64,000 nucleotides of DNA from Yuukianura sp. NJ FZ-2021 (Eukaryota): contig CM102288.1 of NCBI GenBank assembly GCA_046563655.1, positions 5,890,001 to 5,954,000 on the forward strand, in the 5' to 3' direction. Of this stretch, positions 26,278-39,002 are shown in pieces; position 1 is the first letter of the stretch; every line of letters begins with the position of its first letter. The position numbers and the translations under genes were made by a program. The notes below the pieces were generated by a model that was given only the letters and a program-made list of their open reading frames with translations, ran no database searches and had not been told where the DNA came from.

Positions 26278-27878
26278 TTAGGCACCCAAGGCGTCGTTTA
26301 CACAACGCTCTGATACTTCGCGGATTACATTAAAGGCGTCGATTCGTCCACTGCCAAACATATTATTAGGGAATTGATGATCATTTTCACTGTCACAGGA
26401 TTCGTCACTTCCTGCAAAGGTCAGGTTCTGCACAGCATTTGCTGCTAGCACATTTCTTATAAATTCCAAATCTGATGCGGGGCAATTTGATTTCAAAAGT
26501 ACAATAACTCCCGCTACATGTGGACATGCCATTGATGTACCAGATTTAAATTCGTAATCCTCATCACTCCGAATCCCGGCTGAGATGACATTGACTCCAG
26601 GGGCAGAGATGTCAGGTTTCTGTTGACTTTCAAAGAAGGATGGTCCTCTGGAACTAAACCATGCAATCCCATCTTGTGGAGTTGTGGCTGCAACAGAGAT
26701 AACCCCAGCCAGAGAATCAGCCGGAGAGTAAATGGTTCCACATTCTGGCCCACTGTTCCCAACTGCAAACACGGGGATAATATTGGCGGCATGCCATGCT
26801 CTTATCACTGCATCATAGAACTGGTCTCCACCACGGACCCGTCCCCAGGAGTTACTACAAAGGTACAAAGTTACTATAAGTTAGAAAATGTCCGCGTTTA
26901 TTAAAAGACCAAATCAATACGAGAAATATCATATTTGAATTTGATTTTAAATAACCTGACGACTTGTGGAGCCTTTGCGCAATCCTGGTCGCTTCCGTCA
27001 TATTTGTGAGGACAAAGCATGTACTGAGCACAGTCCAGTAGTGCGGACTCCAATGCGCCAAATGGGCCAAACCCCTTGCATGCAATCCACTTGGCACCCG
27101 GAGCAACCCCAATTCCATACCTACTCAAAATTAACTCAAATTGTTATATTATCTTACATGCCAAGCCAAACACTATCGATTACCTGCCAGCGATTGTTCC
27201 TGTTACATGAGTCCCATGTCCCTCAACATCACTTGGGATTTGGCTTTTGAAATACGGGTCATACCACGAGTGAGAATCCCCACGGTAGCTGTCTTTAATT
27301 GCTTCGTGAGTTGATCTTGCACCGGTGTCAATAATTCCAACGGTTATCCCTTCTCCAGTTCCACCAATTCCCCATGCCTCCTTGACCATGATTCTCTCGA
27401 TGCCCCAAACACTGTCCCCAATCTTCCAATCTTTAGAAACTGTAGCATGAATCGGCACATTCAACGGAATTGTGGTTTCTTGATGGATTCCTTTCACTTG
27501 CTCAATTTTTGCCAGCATAGCGATGAGTGGAGCATCGGCAGCCTCAATGTACAGTTGGTTTGATATCCACAAAGATTTTACCTTGACCGAGTTCAACTTC
27601 TCGGATTTAAGAAGAGAGAGAACTGCTGCCTGTGACCTCGTGGCATGCGAGGTCAGCGTTTGGTATACCTCTACTGCGGTGACGCCGGGTTTCTTCGGTT
27701 GTCTTTTCTGTGCCAGACTAGTGAGGACTCCATTCGTATTTTCAAAGGAAACCAAGACATCAACTCTGCCGTTGACCATCAGCGGCTGCGTTACACCAGG
27801 ATCTACTTTCCGCTCAAAACCGAAAGTCAACGCTGAGTTCAAAACTATTCCACAGATTAGATAGAAAATTACTGCCAT
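26278..27878 (-). CDS. Secreted subtilisin (S8A, bacillopeptidase-F-like), 3 exons
   Basis: Exons 27878-27184, 27120-26956 and 26854-26278. Signal peptide, prodomain and catalytic triad IIDTG / GHGTHVTG / SGTSMACPHVAG. Also GVAPGAKWIACKG and PNNMFGSGRID. Confidence 0.92.
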
Positions 27879-28650
27879 TCTACCGATTTCTAGGCACGTT
27901 ATTCAATTTTTGTTAAAGTGTGTACTTGTTCTAAAAAGTGTGAAAATCGCTTTTTGACTTTGTTCGATGCTGTCAGGAATTATATAGGGGACAATTTGTA
28001 GGATTCATTATTTTCCGAGGGCCGAAGTTATGAAAAACGGGAAATTCGTAAAAGTTATGGCTAAATAATAAAAACATCAAAGTCAGAAAATTGTTGCAAA
28101 ACAGTATGGCAAACGCCGTACAGAAAACTGTTAGAATCTTTTATTCCCTCTTTCACTCTTCACTGCATAAATTAACCTCAGTTAGGTTTCTAGAATTGAA
28201 ACATTTAAAAAATTTATAAAAAATGTAAAAAAGTAGTATCACGCAAATTTGATATTTGTGACATGTTGTCACAGAAAACTTTTGCATTGACTGTCACTAT
28301 TAGAAAGGTCAGTTGAAAGTTTAACAATTTTAGACAACGACTTGATAATTTATAAAAAGTAATTGATTAAAGATAAACTAATTGAATGTGTTGTTGGTTT
28401 TAGTAGCATGACATAAGTTATGACTCAGCATATTCCGTATGGCATGGATCTAACTGCAGCATTTTGCTAGTAACAGATTAAAAGGTATTTGACAACTAGT
28501 TGATGAATTGTAGATGGATAAGCTGTTGAAGGTTATCGCAAATTTTAAGTACACTAGTTTAAGGTAAATCCATAGTTGATTATGATTAGTTGTTATTTAA
28601 TCTTTGACGATTCGTTTGTGTTAGCCCAGTAGCGCATGACGATTTCTAAA

Positions 28651-31600
28651 ATGAACTTTTTCCTTTTTGCAGGACTTGCACTGCTGGTGGTACTTGTAGG
28701 GTCATGTGAAGGTAGGGGGCCCTTGATCAAGAGTTTTCCACCGGGACGACTTCCTCCTGCTGGATCGAAATCTGGAGCCCCTTCGGAGCAACGGACAGCT
28801 GAATTCCGGATACCCGATGCCTTGGTACCCACACACTACAAAATCCAACTGCTTCCTGTTTTCTATGACCCCGAAGTGACCGATCCGGTGGGGGAACCAT
28901 GGAATGTTTACGGTAACGTCGAAATTACTCTGGAGTGTCGACAAACTACGAGTGAAATTCATCTGCACGCTTGGGACTTGGCTAACGTCATGAACAATCC
29001 AGACATCCAGGTATGACATAACTTGAATTAGCTGGAAAGTTACAATTACTTTGCAATACTTTGAATTACTTTGACCTTTTAACGGTTAGGTTTTTCCTGT
29101 TGGAGACAACCCGTCACTGATTCCAATTACTTCAACAACTAATCACACACAGGATCCAGAAGTAATTGTGTTCTCACTTGAATCTGAACTTACTCCAGGC
29201 AACCAGTATGTCATCTCCATACCCAACTACATCGGGAACATTCCAGACCACAAGGGCTTCGGAGGAAGGATGAACGGAATGTACCGAACCACCTACGAAG
29301 ATGAGTCGGACCCTCCGGTCGTCAAGTAAGCCCATTGCTCAGGGAGTACCTAGGGTGAGGTTTTAAGGGAGATTCGCATGGCTTGAGAATCAAAGAATGT
29401 CAATACAGAAAAAAAGTATTGAACCCAGTGAGACTCGAACGCAGCTCGCTTCAATCCGGGGAGAGGTCTAACGTCTAACCATTGAGCTATCAGGTTCCAA
29501 ACAGGCTTGGCAAAGGGATTATTGTCAAACGCTACATGAGTTACATTTTTTTTACATTGACTTTTTTGTAAAATTTTTTTCATATGTCGGCTGATGACTA
29601 TGATTTACTTTTGCCTTAGGACAATCGCTACGACACAATTCAGTAAAACCCGTGGTTTCAGAAAACTCGTTCCGTCGTTTGACGATCCAAAGTTCAAGGC
29701 GAAATTTACGATCAGCATTGCACGGCACGACACCTACCGCTCGCTGTCCTGTATGAACAGAGTTAATGGCGAACAAGACGATCCAGTGTAAGGTTTTAAA
29801 ACTTTTGATAACAAAAAAAAAGTTTCATCAGAAACATATAAGCTTAGTTTTGATCTTAAACGAGTTCTGATCAATTTTGATCACAACTTTGAAATGGTGT
29901 TTCAGAGGTGATGATTTTCCGAATTGGTATTGGGACCATTACGCCACTACTCCAGTGATGCCGCCTACTGTCACAGCAATGGTCGTGTACAAGAATGGAG
30001 ATCTGACAGGTCATCCTGCTACGTCCGCAGGACTCGATACTACGGTCAACGTCTGGGGTCCTCCGCATATCATCGCTGGTCAACAAGCCATGTTTTCAGC
30101 GCAAGCCGTCGCAGACTTACTGGCATACTACAACACACACTTCGGTATCGACTACGAGCTGCCCAAGATGGACTCGCTAGGAATCAACCACTTTTACTCC
30201 GGAGCCATGGAGAACTGGGTAAGACTCAATTTGAACCAACTCATTTCGCGGAATTGGAATTTTGAAAAATTCAGCTGAAATTCAACTTTTGGATATATTT
30301 GAAAAATATATTAATCAATTTCGAAATAATTTCAATCTCATTCGGACTTTTTTCTATCCTTTTTAGGGACTCAACATTTACCGAGCCGCATACATGTTCC
30401 ATCACCCTGAGCACGGGACGGAAGCTCTGAAGTTTTCCACTGGACGAGTTGTGGCACACGAGCTTGCCCATCAATGGTGGGGCAATTTGGTGACCCACCA
30501 ATGGTGGAACGACTGGTGGCTCACGGAGGGTTTCGGAACATACTTCAGTTACGAAGCTTTTAACGCAGTATACTCACACTATGCCGCCAAAGTACGCGGT
30601 ATCACTGACGAGCATCAAGATGCATTGGCCTTTGACATCACTCCAGCATCCAAGCCTGTCCACGGAAAAGCTGAAGATACGCTGGAAATCAATCCATCTG
30701 CAATCGACTACAGCAAAGGATCCTCTCTAGTGCGCATGATGAGTGCATTCCTTACTGAACCCGTGTTTACTAAAGGTATCAAGTGGTACCTTGAAAAGCG
30801 GCGGTACCAAGCGGTATCTCAGGATGAACTGTTCGCTGATCTTCAAGAATCTCTGGAAGTTGAGGAACAACCGTCGAATGGAAAGTCAATTGCAGAAATC
30901 ATGGAGGCCTGGACGAAAAAGACGGCGTACCCGGTTGTCCGAGTTTCTAAATCCGAATCGACACCGAATCTGGTCTACTTTTCACAGGAAAGATTCAAGG
31001 TTTTTGAGGAACAAGCTCCGGAAGATGCCGGAGAATCTTGGTACATTCCGATCATGATCCTTTCACAAGCGGTACCGGTTTCGGATAAGCGTGCTCCGGA
31101 TCTCTGGCTCAACCAGGGTATCTCTCTGACCACACACAGCGTCAAGAACAGCGATGACTGGATTCTGGTCAACCCGGAAGCAAGAGGTAACTCACAATTT
31201 TATAACTGGGGGTATCCGCTTTGAGATACCTCCAAGGAAAACGGTGGTACCCCCACAAAAAGGTACCTCTACAGAAAACTGGCACATCAATCGAAAATGT
31301 GGTACCCCAAAGGAAAATGTGGTACCCCCAAAGGAAAATGTGTTACTCCCAAAGGAGAATGTGGTACCTCCAAGGAAAATTGTAATACCTCTACATAAAG
31401 TGGTACCCCTGCAGAAAACGTAGCACATCCGCAAAAAACTGTGGTACCTTTAACAGACAAATGCGGTACCTCCACAGAAAAGCTTGGTACCTCTATAGAA
31501 AACTGATACCTCGTCACGAATACCTTTTGAACAAATTATTTTGCAAAAATGATCACAGTTTCTAATTTTTTCCCTTATTTGCTAGGTTACTATCGGGTAT

Positions 31601-33274
31601 TGTACGATGACCATTATGCGAGACTACTTCAGTTCCAATTGACATATGCATTGGAGACTATTCCAGAAGCCAGTCGAAGTCAACTGATTGACGACTACTT
31701 GACGTTTGCTTTTGAGCAGTACGTCACATTTGACGAAGCAGACAAAATGGTAGGATTCATCAGCAGAGACAACATGCTGGGCAGCTGGATTTCATACTTG
31801 AGACATTTCCGCAAAGCCTACGACCTTCTACGGGAGCCAGCCACCGGAGACTACGACAGATTCAAGGTTTTCAAACTTTTTTGAAAAACTAAAAGACTAA
31901 ACAACTAAAAGCTTAAAAAAACTCTTTTTCAAGATTTTGATTCAATATTTTTTGAAACTTTTCGCAGGCTTACGTTCTGCCCAAAGTGGAAGGCGGCTTA
32001 GCCGTGATCGGATTGGCTGGAGACAACCCTGGAGACTCCATTCAGACGCACATTCTACGCAGTCAGCTCATGGACTGGGCATGTGCAATGGATGATGCGG
32101 AGTGTACGGCTTACGCAGACGAACTTTTTGAGAGCTGGATGAACTCTGGAACTCCGTAATTTCTTTCAATTTTTTATATTTTTATAAATATTTTTTAGTT
32201 GTGTATTTAGTTTCTCACGCTGAAGTTGTTGAGTTAAATCACAACAGAATTAATTCTGTCGTGCTCCACAGGATTCCTGTTGAACTCCGTTCTGTCGTTT
32301 ACTGTCGCGGTGCTGCTACTGATGGTACCCTTCAAGGGGACACGCAACACTGGGATTTCCTTAGATCGAAGTACGTGGAAACAGGAGATGTGCAACTACG
32401 CAGTGCTTTGAGTTGCAGCTTAAACACTTTTAGCCTTGACAGGTAAATCTTGTAATTCCAAATGAATTGTTTTGAAATTGATAGTTTTTTTTTAAAAGAA
32501 AATATTTAAAAAAAAAAATTTTTTAAGCTTGCTCTTAGAAGCTGAGGGGTCAACTGACCCGGAAGAAGGGTGGGCATTGCTGGAAGTGGTTGCTATTAGT
32601 GATCAGAGTCACCGAGCGCAAGTCATCGAATCCCTCACAGCCAATATGCCAACTTATAACGAAAAGTAAGAAAAATTTTGAAATTTGTCTGATGTCAGGC
32701 CTAGAACTTTGTGAAAGTGAAACTTTTCAAGTCAATTGTAACGATGTTTCTGAAATTTTGTTTTTAGTCTTGGGATAGAGGGATTGGTTGACGTGTTTGA
32801 CGCCATGTCGCCATTGGTCCATGATACGGCAGAGATCGATAGTGTGAGTAACCTAAACCCACCGTAGTTAATTGTGTTACTAATAATCTATACAATTAAC
32901 TGATTCCATTTAAATTTACTTATTTATGACGCCTTGTGTTTTAATTTTAATTACTTTTTAGTAACTAGTAGCGAAAGCTACTTTGTGATTGACCTTGTCT
33001 GTCTGTCTGTATATCTGTCTGTGCGGTTTCCTTCCGGGACAAATGCCAACTTTTTTCAACTTTTACTGCAATGATAAGTTTTCTCTTTAAGATTGAAGTA
33101 ATTGTGGAGACATGGATAGATGATAGCATTTTTACGGAAGATGTGCTGGGCAAGTTGAACAGTGCCATCAGCACAATGCGATCCAACACGGGGTGGCTTC
33201 CGAAGTTCCGCCATCGTTTCCTCGTCAACTTCCCCGAAGTACAAGCAGCAAATTCAGAGTTTTGCGAAGTTTAG
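28651..33274 (+). CDS. Aminopeptidase N-like M1 zinc metallopeptidase, multi-exon
   Basis: [25 protein letters not shown] (HExxH-x18-E), YSKGSS and GYYRVLYD. N-terminal signal peptide. The start could be 28636 or 28651. Confidence 0.92.
29377..29497 (-). mobile_element. tRNA-derived SINE-like element (intronic)
   Basis: On the minus strand: A box (TAGCTCAATGG), B-box-like GTTCGAGTC, pairing ends gaacc/ggttc and a T-run. Shares its tail with four other copies. Confidence 0.6.
31208..31512. repeat. Degenerate ~21-bp minisatellite (gtggtaccyc..gaaaa) in an aminopeptidase intron
   Basis: Repeated ggtacc cores with roughly 20-22-bp spacing. Confidence 0.75.
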
Positions 33275-33908
33275 GCTTTGTATACATAGTGTTTGTCAAA
33301 ATTTAAAAAAAATATCAAATATGTCATTGGACGATTCAGAATTCCTTGGAATTTTTTATAAAAACTCATAAATTTTCCATTTTTCACACGGAATTTTTAT
33401 ATTCTGGTTTACTCCGCATAAACACTGAAATTCTGAGAACATCGATAAATTTCATGCATGTTTTTGAGTTTTATCTTTTGTCAACTCACCGCAACTTCGC
33501 ATGATCATTTTAATGTTCGTCAACTTGTTTCCTAAACTAGATGTTGTGACAGGTCATAAATCGTGTCAATTAATTTCCCTTTGAGATCAACTTTTAATCC
33601 AGATCAAATTGGATATTGGTTTTGCACTGGAAAATTTTTGATGATCCAAATTTTGTGGTAATTTATAACAGGGTTCTCAGAATGAACAAAGAAGCGTCTC
33701 ATGATCAATTTGTTTGCAGAGATGCCACCTTGAATAACAACGGTGTTTTAAAGAGTCTTTTGCTAAAAAAAATGTATAAATTCATTAGTCTTTCTTCAGT
33801 CTTTTATAGAATAGGCATTTTGAGATAATTTTTGTATAAAGTTACTAGTCGTTTTGTCATTTTCTAATTCAGAATTGAATTTAAAGTTGCAGAATACTAG
33901 TTTTAGCA

Positions 33909-35038
33909 ATGGATTTTATAAGCAAACTCGTTTTACTCATTGCCCTGACGGGAGTAACTGTCAATGGACAAGGCAAGTCAATTGGAATTTCCTATTTTGG
34001 AATTTCAAAATTTTGAATTTTGAAAAATGTAATTATTGTTAGGATTTTTGTTTTATTAACTGCATAGTTCCAAAGAGAGAAGAGTTTGAGCAAGGAGTGA
34101 CGTCAAACGGGTTTCCGAAGCCGACTGCAGCACAGTACCGTGGTTACGTCAAATCGCTGCGTCAAGGCGGCATTTCCAGAAAGATTGAGGCTGCGATGTA
34201 CCTTGCGCAGACGCTGCACGAATCGGCTGGTCTGCGCACAAAGCGGGAGTTTGGATGTTCTGGCAAAGGGGGCTGCGAGTCCAAGTACCCCGCTGACAAG
34301 GAGTGGTTGGCAGAGTGCAAGGGATCGAATCGACCCAAGGGCATTGGTCAGTTCAATTTAGGCCGAAATTAGGCCGAATTGGTTCGAAAAGCTACAAGAA
34401 GGAGCGATGACTTCACCAAATCATAGCTTGCAATCATTTTCATTACAACACATTAAAAAAAACATTTTCAGTTGATCCACTTCTTTCGAATCTTTCCCAT
34501 TTGAGGCAATTGGTTTCGAACCTTTTCCATTTGAACCAATTTTGTTTAATTTCCAGCCGATAATGTCTGGAACTAATTTTTGAAGCCTTTATTTTTGAAC
34601 CAATTCGGCATTGAACATTTTTATTTGAAGCTATTGGTTTCGAGCCAATTTCTTTGTTGAACCAATTACATGTTTTTTGTGTTAGGTTACTATGGACGAG
34701 GGTACATTCAGTTGACATGGTGCTCCAACTACGTTCCAGCGTCACAGGCTCTGCTGGGAGACAAGGAGAAACTGAAGCATGATCCTGACAGAGTGGCCAT
34801 TTCTGAGGATGTGGCCTGGGGCGTGTCAGGTTGGTTCTGGAAGGAGCGTGTCCACCCTGCTCTGGGCAACAGTGACCAATTTGGACTCACGACCAAGGCT
34901 ATCAATGGACAAACCCAAGAGTGTCAAGGGAACGGACAGAATGCGGACAAGTCCAAGCAACGCTTTCGCTACTACGTTAACGTCTTCAAAGCTTACAAGT
35001 TACAAGGAACACCGAACGAGGCTGGATGTAAATACTAA
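33909..35038 (+). CDS. Secreted glycoside hydrolase family 19 chitinase (3 exons, first intron GC-AG)
   Basis: Exons 33909-33972 (signal peptide), 34068-34346 and 34686-35038. GH19 motifs AAMYLAQTLHESAGL, YYGRGYIQLTWCSNY, WFW and FGLTTKAING. Confidence 0.92.
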
Positions 35039-35305
35039 GACACAATTACATGTAATTACATAATTACATTATTACCTGCGACTGTAACATATGCACTTAC
35101 ATCAATAACTATAAAATTTAAATTCAAAGCGTATTCGTTTTGAAATAAAATATTTAATTGCTCATAAATCTAATTAGCTTAAGTTTACTTTACTCAGCTT
35201 AATAATTCATAGTAACCTCCATATTTTCAAAAACTCAAAACTATAAATATCTTGCTAATTAGCAATATTTTGACCTAATTGACTCAAATCCTCTGCGTTT
35301 TTGCA

Positions 35306-36132
35306 CTAACCATCCCTTTGATGTTCGTCCAGTGCAATGCACATGGACACTATGAGAGCAATGTCCACTCCCGGAGCGATTTCTATCAAGTACTCGTCTG
35401 CTCCTAAGAAAAACGATTTGCTCGTTGTCGGTCTGTAGATTTTGGCGATCGGAGTGCCATCTTGCTTTGGTTCTCCAAGAAAAACCATCGCTTTTTTGTC
35501 TCTCCAATTGCCCTTGAGCACAACAAAGTGATGCCCACCATTCACCGGATTCTTCACATACGCTGATAGCTTGGCTTTCATAAAATTTCGTTCCGTTTTG
35601 AACGTAAACAACTCCCGCTCTGAGTTCCCGCCAGCAAAGACTTTGTATTTGTCTGACATTGCCATGAGCGGCTTCTTCAAGTTGAGCACCGGTTGACCAT
35701 CGATGTCGAGCAGCGTCTTTTTGTCTTTCAAACTAAAAGTTTTGCCGGCACAGCGGAAGTAGAGTGTTCCACTCGCGTCAGCGATTTTGAAATCGTCGCC
35801 GGAGAAAGAGAAAACTTTTTCTTTAAGCTTGAGTTGGACGGAATGCGGGAGACAAAACCGAGGTTCGATTGCACAAACTGGATTCGTTTGAGCAACGATC
35901 TGCTCAACAGAAATAAAAAAACGTGAAATATTTTAGAAGAAATTCTAAACGAGCCTGGATTGTTTCAAAATTTAATTCCAGAACAGATTAGTAAACACAA
36001 GTTGGAAAATGCAACTAAAAGTGGGGAAAATTTGGAAAGGCAAATTGAATTTGAAAAAGAAACTTTTTAAATTTTCCTTCACGAAAATTCTCTCACCTGA
36101 ACGTTTTCGTATTTGGAGTTGTCACCACCCAT
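35306..36132 (-). CDS. LURP-one-related / Tubby C-2 domain protein (2 exons)
   Basis: Exons 36132-36097 and 35899-35306. Motifs LKEKVFSFSGDDFKIAD, KKTLLDIDGQPV, LKGNWRDK and YLIEIAPGVDIALIVSMCIALDE. Confidence 0.88.
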
Positions 36133-36519
36133 TTTCGTAATTCTCAGAAATTATTTGTTATTTTTGAAATTATTTGAAATACTTTGAAAATTCAAATTTC
36201 GAAAACTGCTTATGCTGACGCAGTGATCCCTTCGGAAATTTATAAATACGAATTATGCATGTTGCATTGATCTAATTAGTTAGTACACTAAATTTTACAA
36301 CACTTACACCCACAAAATGTGGGTGATCTGTTGGTATTTACGAGGAGAGACAGGGATGCAGTGAAATGGCGCAGTTTGAATGATAACATTGTGTAGTTTT
36401 AGGATTAAGGTTACGGCAGTTCCTGTCGGATAAGATAACACGATTACACCTTGCAAAAATTATTTGGACATTTGTTCAGGAGCAAAAATGTTTGCTACTT
36501 TATATTTTCCCCGGAGCCA

Positions 36520-36563
36520 GTCTGTCCGTTTGTCTGTCTGTCTGCCCGTTTGTCTGTCTGTCC

Positions 36564-36598
<35 letters not shown>

Positions 36599-36648
36599 AG
36601 TGTTTGTCTGTCTGTCCGCCCGTTTGTTTGTCTGTCTGTCTGTCTGTC
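36520..36648. repeat. Imperfect (TCTG)n microsatellite
   Basis: Directly visible in the sequence. Confidence 0.9.
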
Positions 36649-36807
36649 AGTTGGTCAAAGTAGCTCTGGAACCACAGGACGGCTGTCTAGTCATTCTTTA
36701 TAGATGGAATTCACATGAACCGGGGGTTAATAGTCGGAAGTGGACAATATTCGGGTTGTACGGTAAATTGTTACTACGCTCCTTACATACAGCGTTTATT
36801 TTCACAA

Positions 36808-39002
36808 CTAACGTGGCTTGAAAATATTAAATTGATGTTTAAACTTAAACAACTTAAACCTCAAATTCCATCTGTAAATGATCTCTGCGGTGATAAATTT
36901 GTTACTAACCTTATCCCAAACAACTTCAATAAAAAATACACCGATTGACAGACTTTTAAGTAGAAAGCAAACGATGATGGAGTTTAGCATAGGCGTTCTG
37001 AGGCCCCAAAAGTCCGACGACTGCTCTCTGTCTTTTCTGCCGATTCGTATGGCCTGTCTCTTATCGCCGTCGATATAATTCTTATCCCAGAATCCATCGA
37101 TCCCTGCTGCATAGATACTCAGCATTAAGCGATGATAGGGAGTGCTTAAATAAGAATCATAAGTGTATGCAGTGACCCATCTTTCATCAAAACTTTCTTT
37201 CACCATGTGACAACCGAGATTTTCAAATTTCGGATTTCCCTTGATTTTCAAAAGTTTTGCCGCGGCGAACTTTCTCTCAATCAGTTCCGTGCCGTAGTCG
37301 GCCATGGTCCCTATCGTATTTGAACCGTTTTTGTAAATGTCGACGAAATATTCGTCAGAATTGTTCAAATTTAAATGTTTCTGGAACGCCGGTTCGTAAT
37401 TTGAAACAAACAAGTCCCGCTCTTCTGAAATTATTTGAAATCCATTTTGAAAAAGAGCGGAAACGCTCTCCAGTGAAATTTCTTGAAAAGGGAGAGTGAT
37501 TTCACTGGAAAAATAGGAGAGGTAAGCTTGTTGTAGCACGACAATGGCCAACAGAGACACAAAACGGACCAATGTCACGTTCCTGCTGTGTCCAGGTTGG
37601 CCAAGAAATATCCACAAAGTGTCCATGACATGCATGAACGGAACGTTGCGGATGAAGAGAAAGAGGGAGGACACGCTTAGAAAAAAGAGCGTCCAAGTGG
37701 CGACATCGAAGGGACAGAAAATGGTGTGGACCAGGTTCGAATCCTGGAAAGTTCTTTTTGTTTTGCAGTAAATGAAGTTCATGGAGTTTACAAACATGAG
37801 GGTCATGCTCAATTTGAAACTTGCATCAACTCTCGCCACGTGAGGACTAACTTGCGGCGGGCCACAGTGGTAACAGGCTCGGAATAGAAGGTCATCTCCA
37901 GTATACCGAAATGTTACGTTAAGTTTGATGGTGCAAATTACAAGTAGAATCTCGGCACTGGTTTCGCCCCAAATTCTGAGTCCTTGTGGAGTTTCCGACG
38001 TTTGTGAAATAGACAAGAGATGTGGAATGTATGGCGAAACACCGCCGTAACTCCTACGCGAAGACATTTTGGAAAATTTTGATTCCAGGTCAGCAATGTC
38101 CGTCGGCGGGTCACCAGAGAAAGAATTCCTGTTGGTTCTACGCCAAAAATACCTCCAAGTTGTAGAAAAGCTGGAAGAATAAAAAATGAGAAAGCTTTTA
38201 CGTTACATAACTTACATAGCCTTAGTACATAAAACATAATGTACATTATCAAAACGTAATTAAATTCGTTTACATAAATGACCCACTGCACAAACTAATT
38301 ATCGCCTTCATTTGTTACGTTCGGGAGTCACATGGCTTAACAGACAAAGAACGAGAGTGTAGAAAAAATAAGAGACCGAGTGGGACTTGAACCCACACCT
38401 CCTCTATCGCGGAAGCACTCTAACCGCATTGAGCTATCATGCCACAATTCTGCAACTTCTCGAAGGATGGAACAATTAATGCATAAATTTCACCATTTCC
38501 CTTACATTAGCTACTTGTTACATAACTTATGTAATGGTGTATATGAATTACATTACCTCGTATGTCCAGCTACTGATTCTTCCAAGTACATGACCACAGA
38601 CATTCTTGGATACTGGAATTCATGTCGGTAGTTGGCAAATATTCTCCAAAATTTAGTAGAAATTTCATTATTAAAGGTGACGAAATACAGAGTGCCTTCA
38701 AGGTCATCCAACATGGAGGCTCCCGAGAGGTGTTCAAAGAGCGCACTTGGCGCCCGATAACAGTGAAACAAGCGGATGTTTGATGCCGTTTTGTGGCGCC
38801 ATTTTGCTGATTCTTCGAAACTAATTTGATTGTATTCGTTGTGCCACTGAAGTAATTGCGAATTCAGAGTATTTCGACACCAAGGGGCGCCTATTCCTAA
38901 ACCTTGGTAGATTTCTATCCTACTGGCGGGGAATACTGGAAATAGAGTTGAGTACTGTTGAATCGTAACAGTTAAAAAAATTATTAATTGGGACACCTTC
39001 AT
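36808..39002 (-). CDS. Divergent ionotropic receptor-like membrane protein, copy 1 (2 exons)
   Basis: Exons 39002-38557 and 38170-36808. Signal peptide. M1-like IFCPFDVATW, M3-like VLQQAYLSYFSSEITLP, S2-end AAGIDGFW and a final TM ending GVFFIE. Confidence 0.75.
38329..38443 (-). mobile_element. tRNA-derived SINE-like element (intronic)
   Basis: A box TAGCTCAATG and B box GGTTCAAGTCC on the minus strand. Homologous to 55390-55505. Confidence 0.7.

Noticed and set aside
28514..28563. Possible upstream coding exon for the aminopeptidase (MDKLLKV...)
   Set aside because: Its splice phase is incompatible with the acceptor at 28672, and the downstream ATG already gives a good signal peptide.
25234..36132. 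Bacterial contamination as the source of the foreign-looking genes
   Set aside because: All four genes have spliceosomal introns and are interleaved with animal-type genes and host repeats.
36451..36821. CLSV-repeat ORFs
   Set aside because: They are translations of the (TCTG)n microsatellite.
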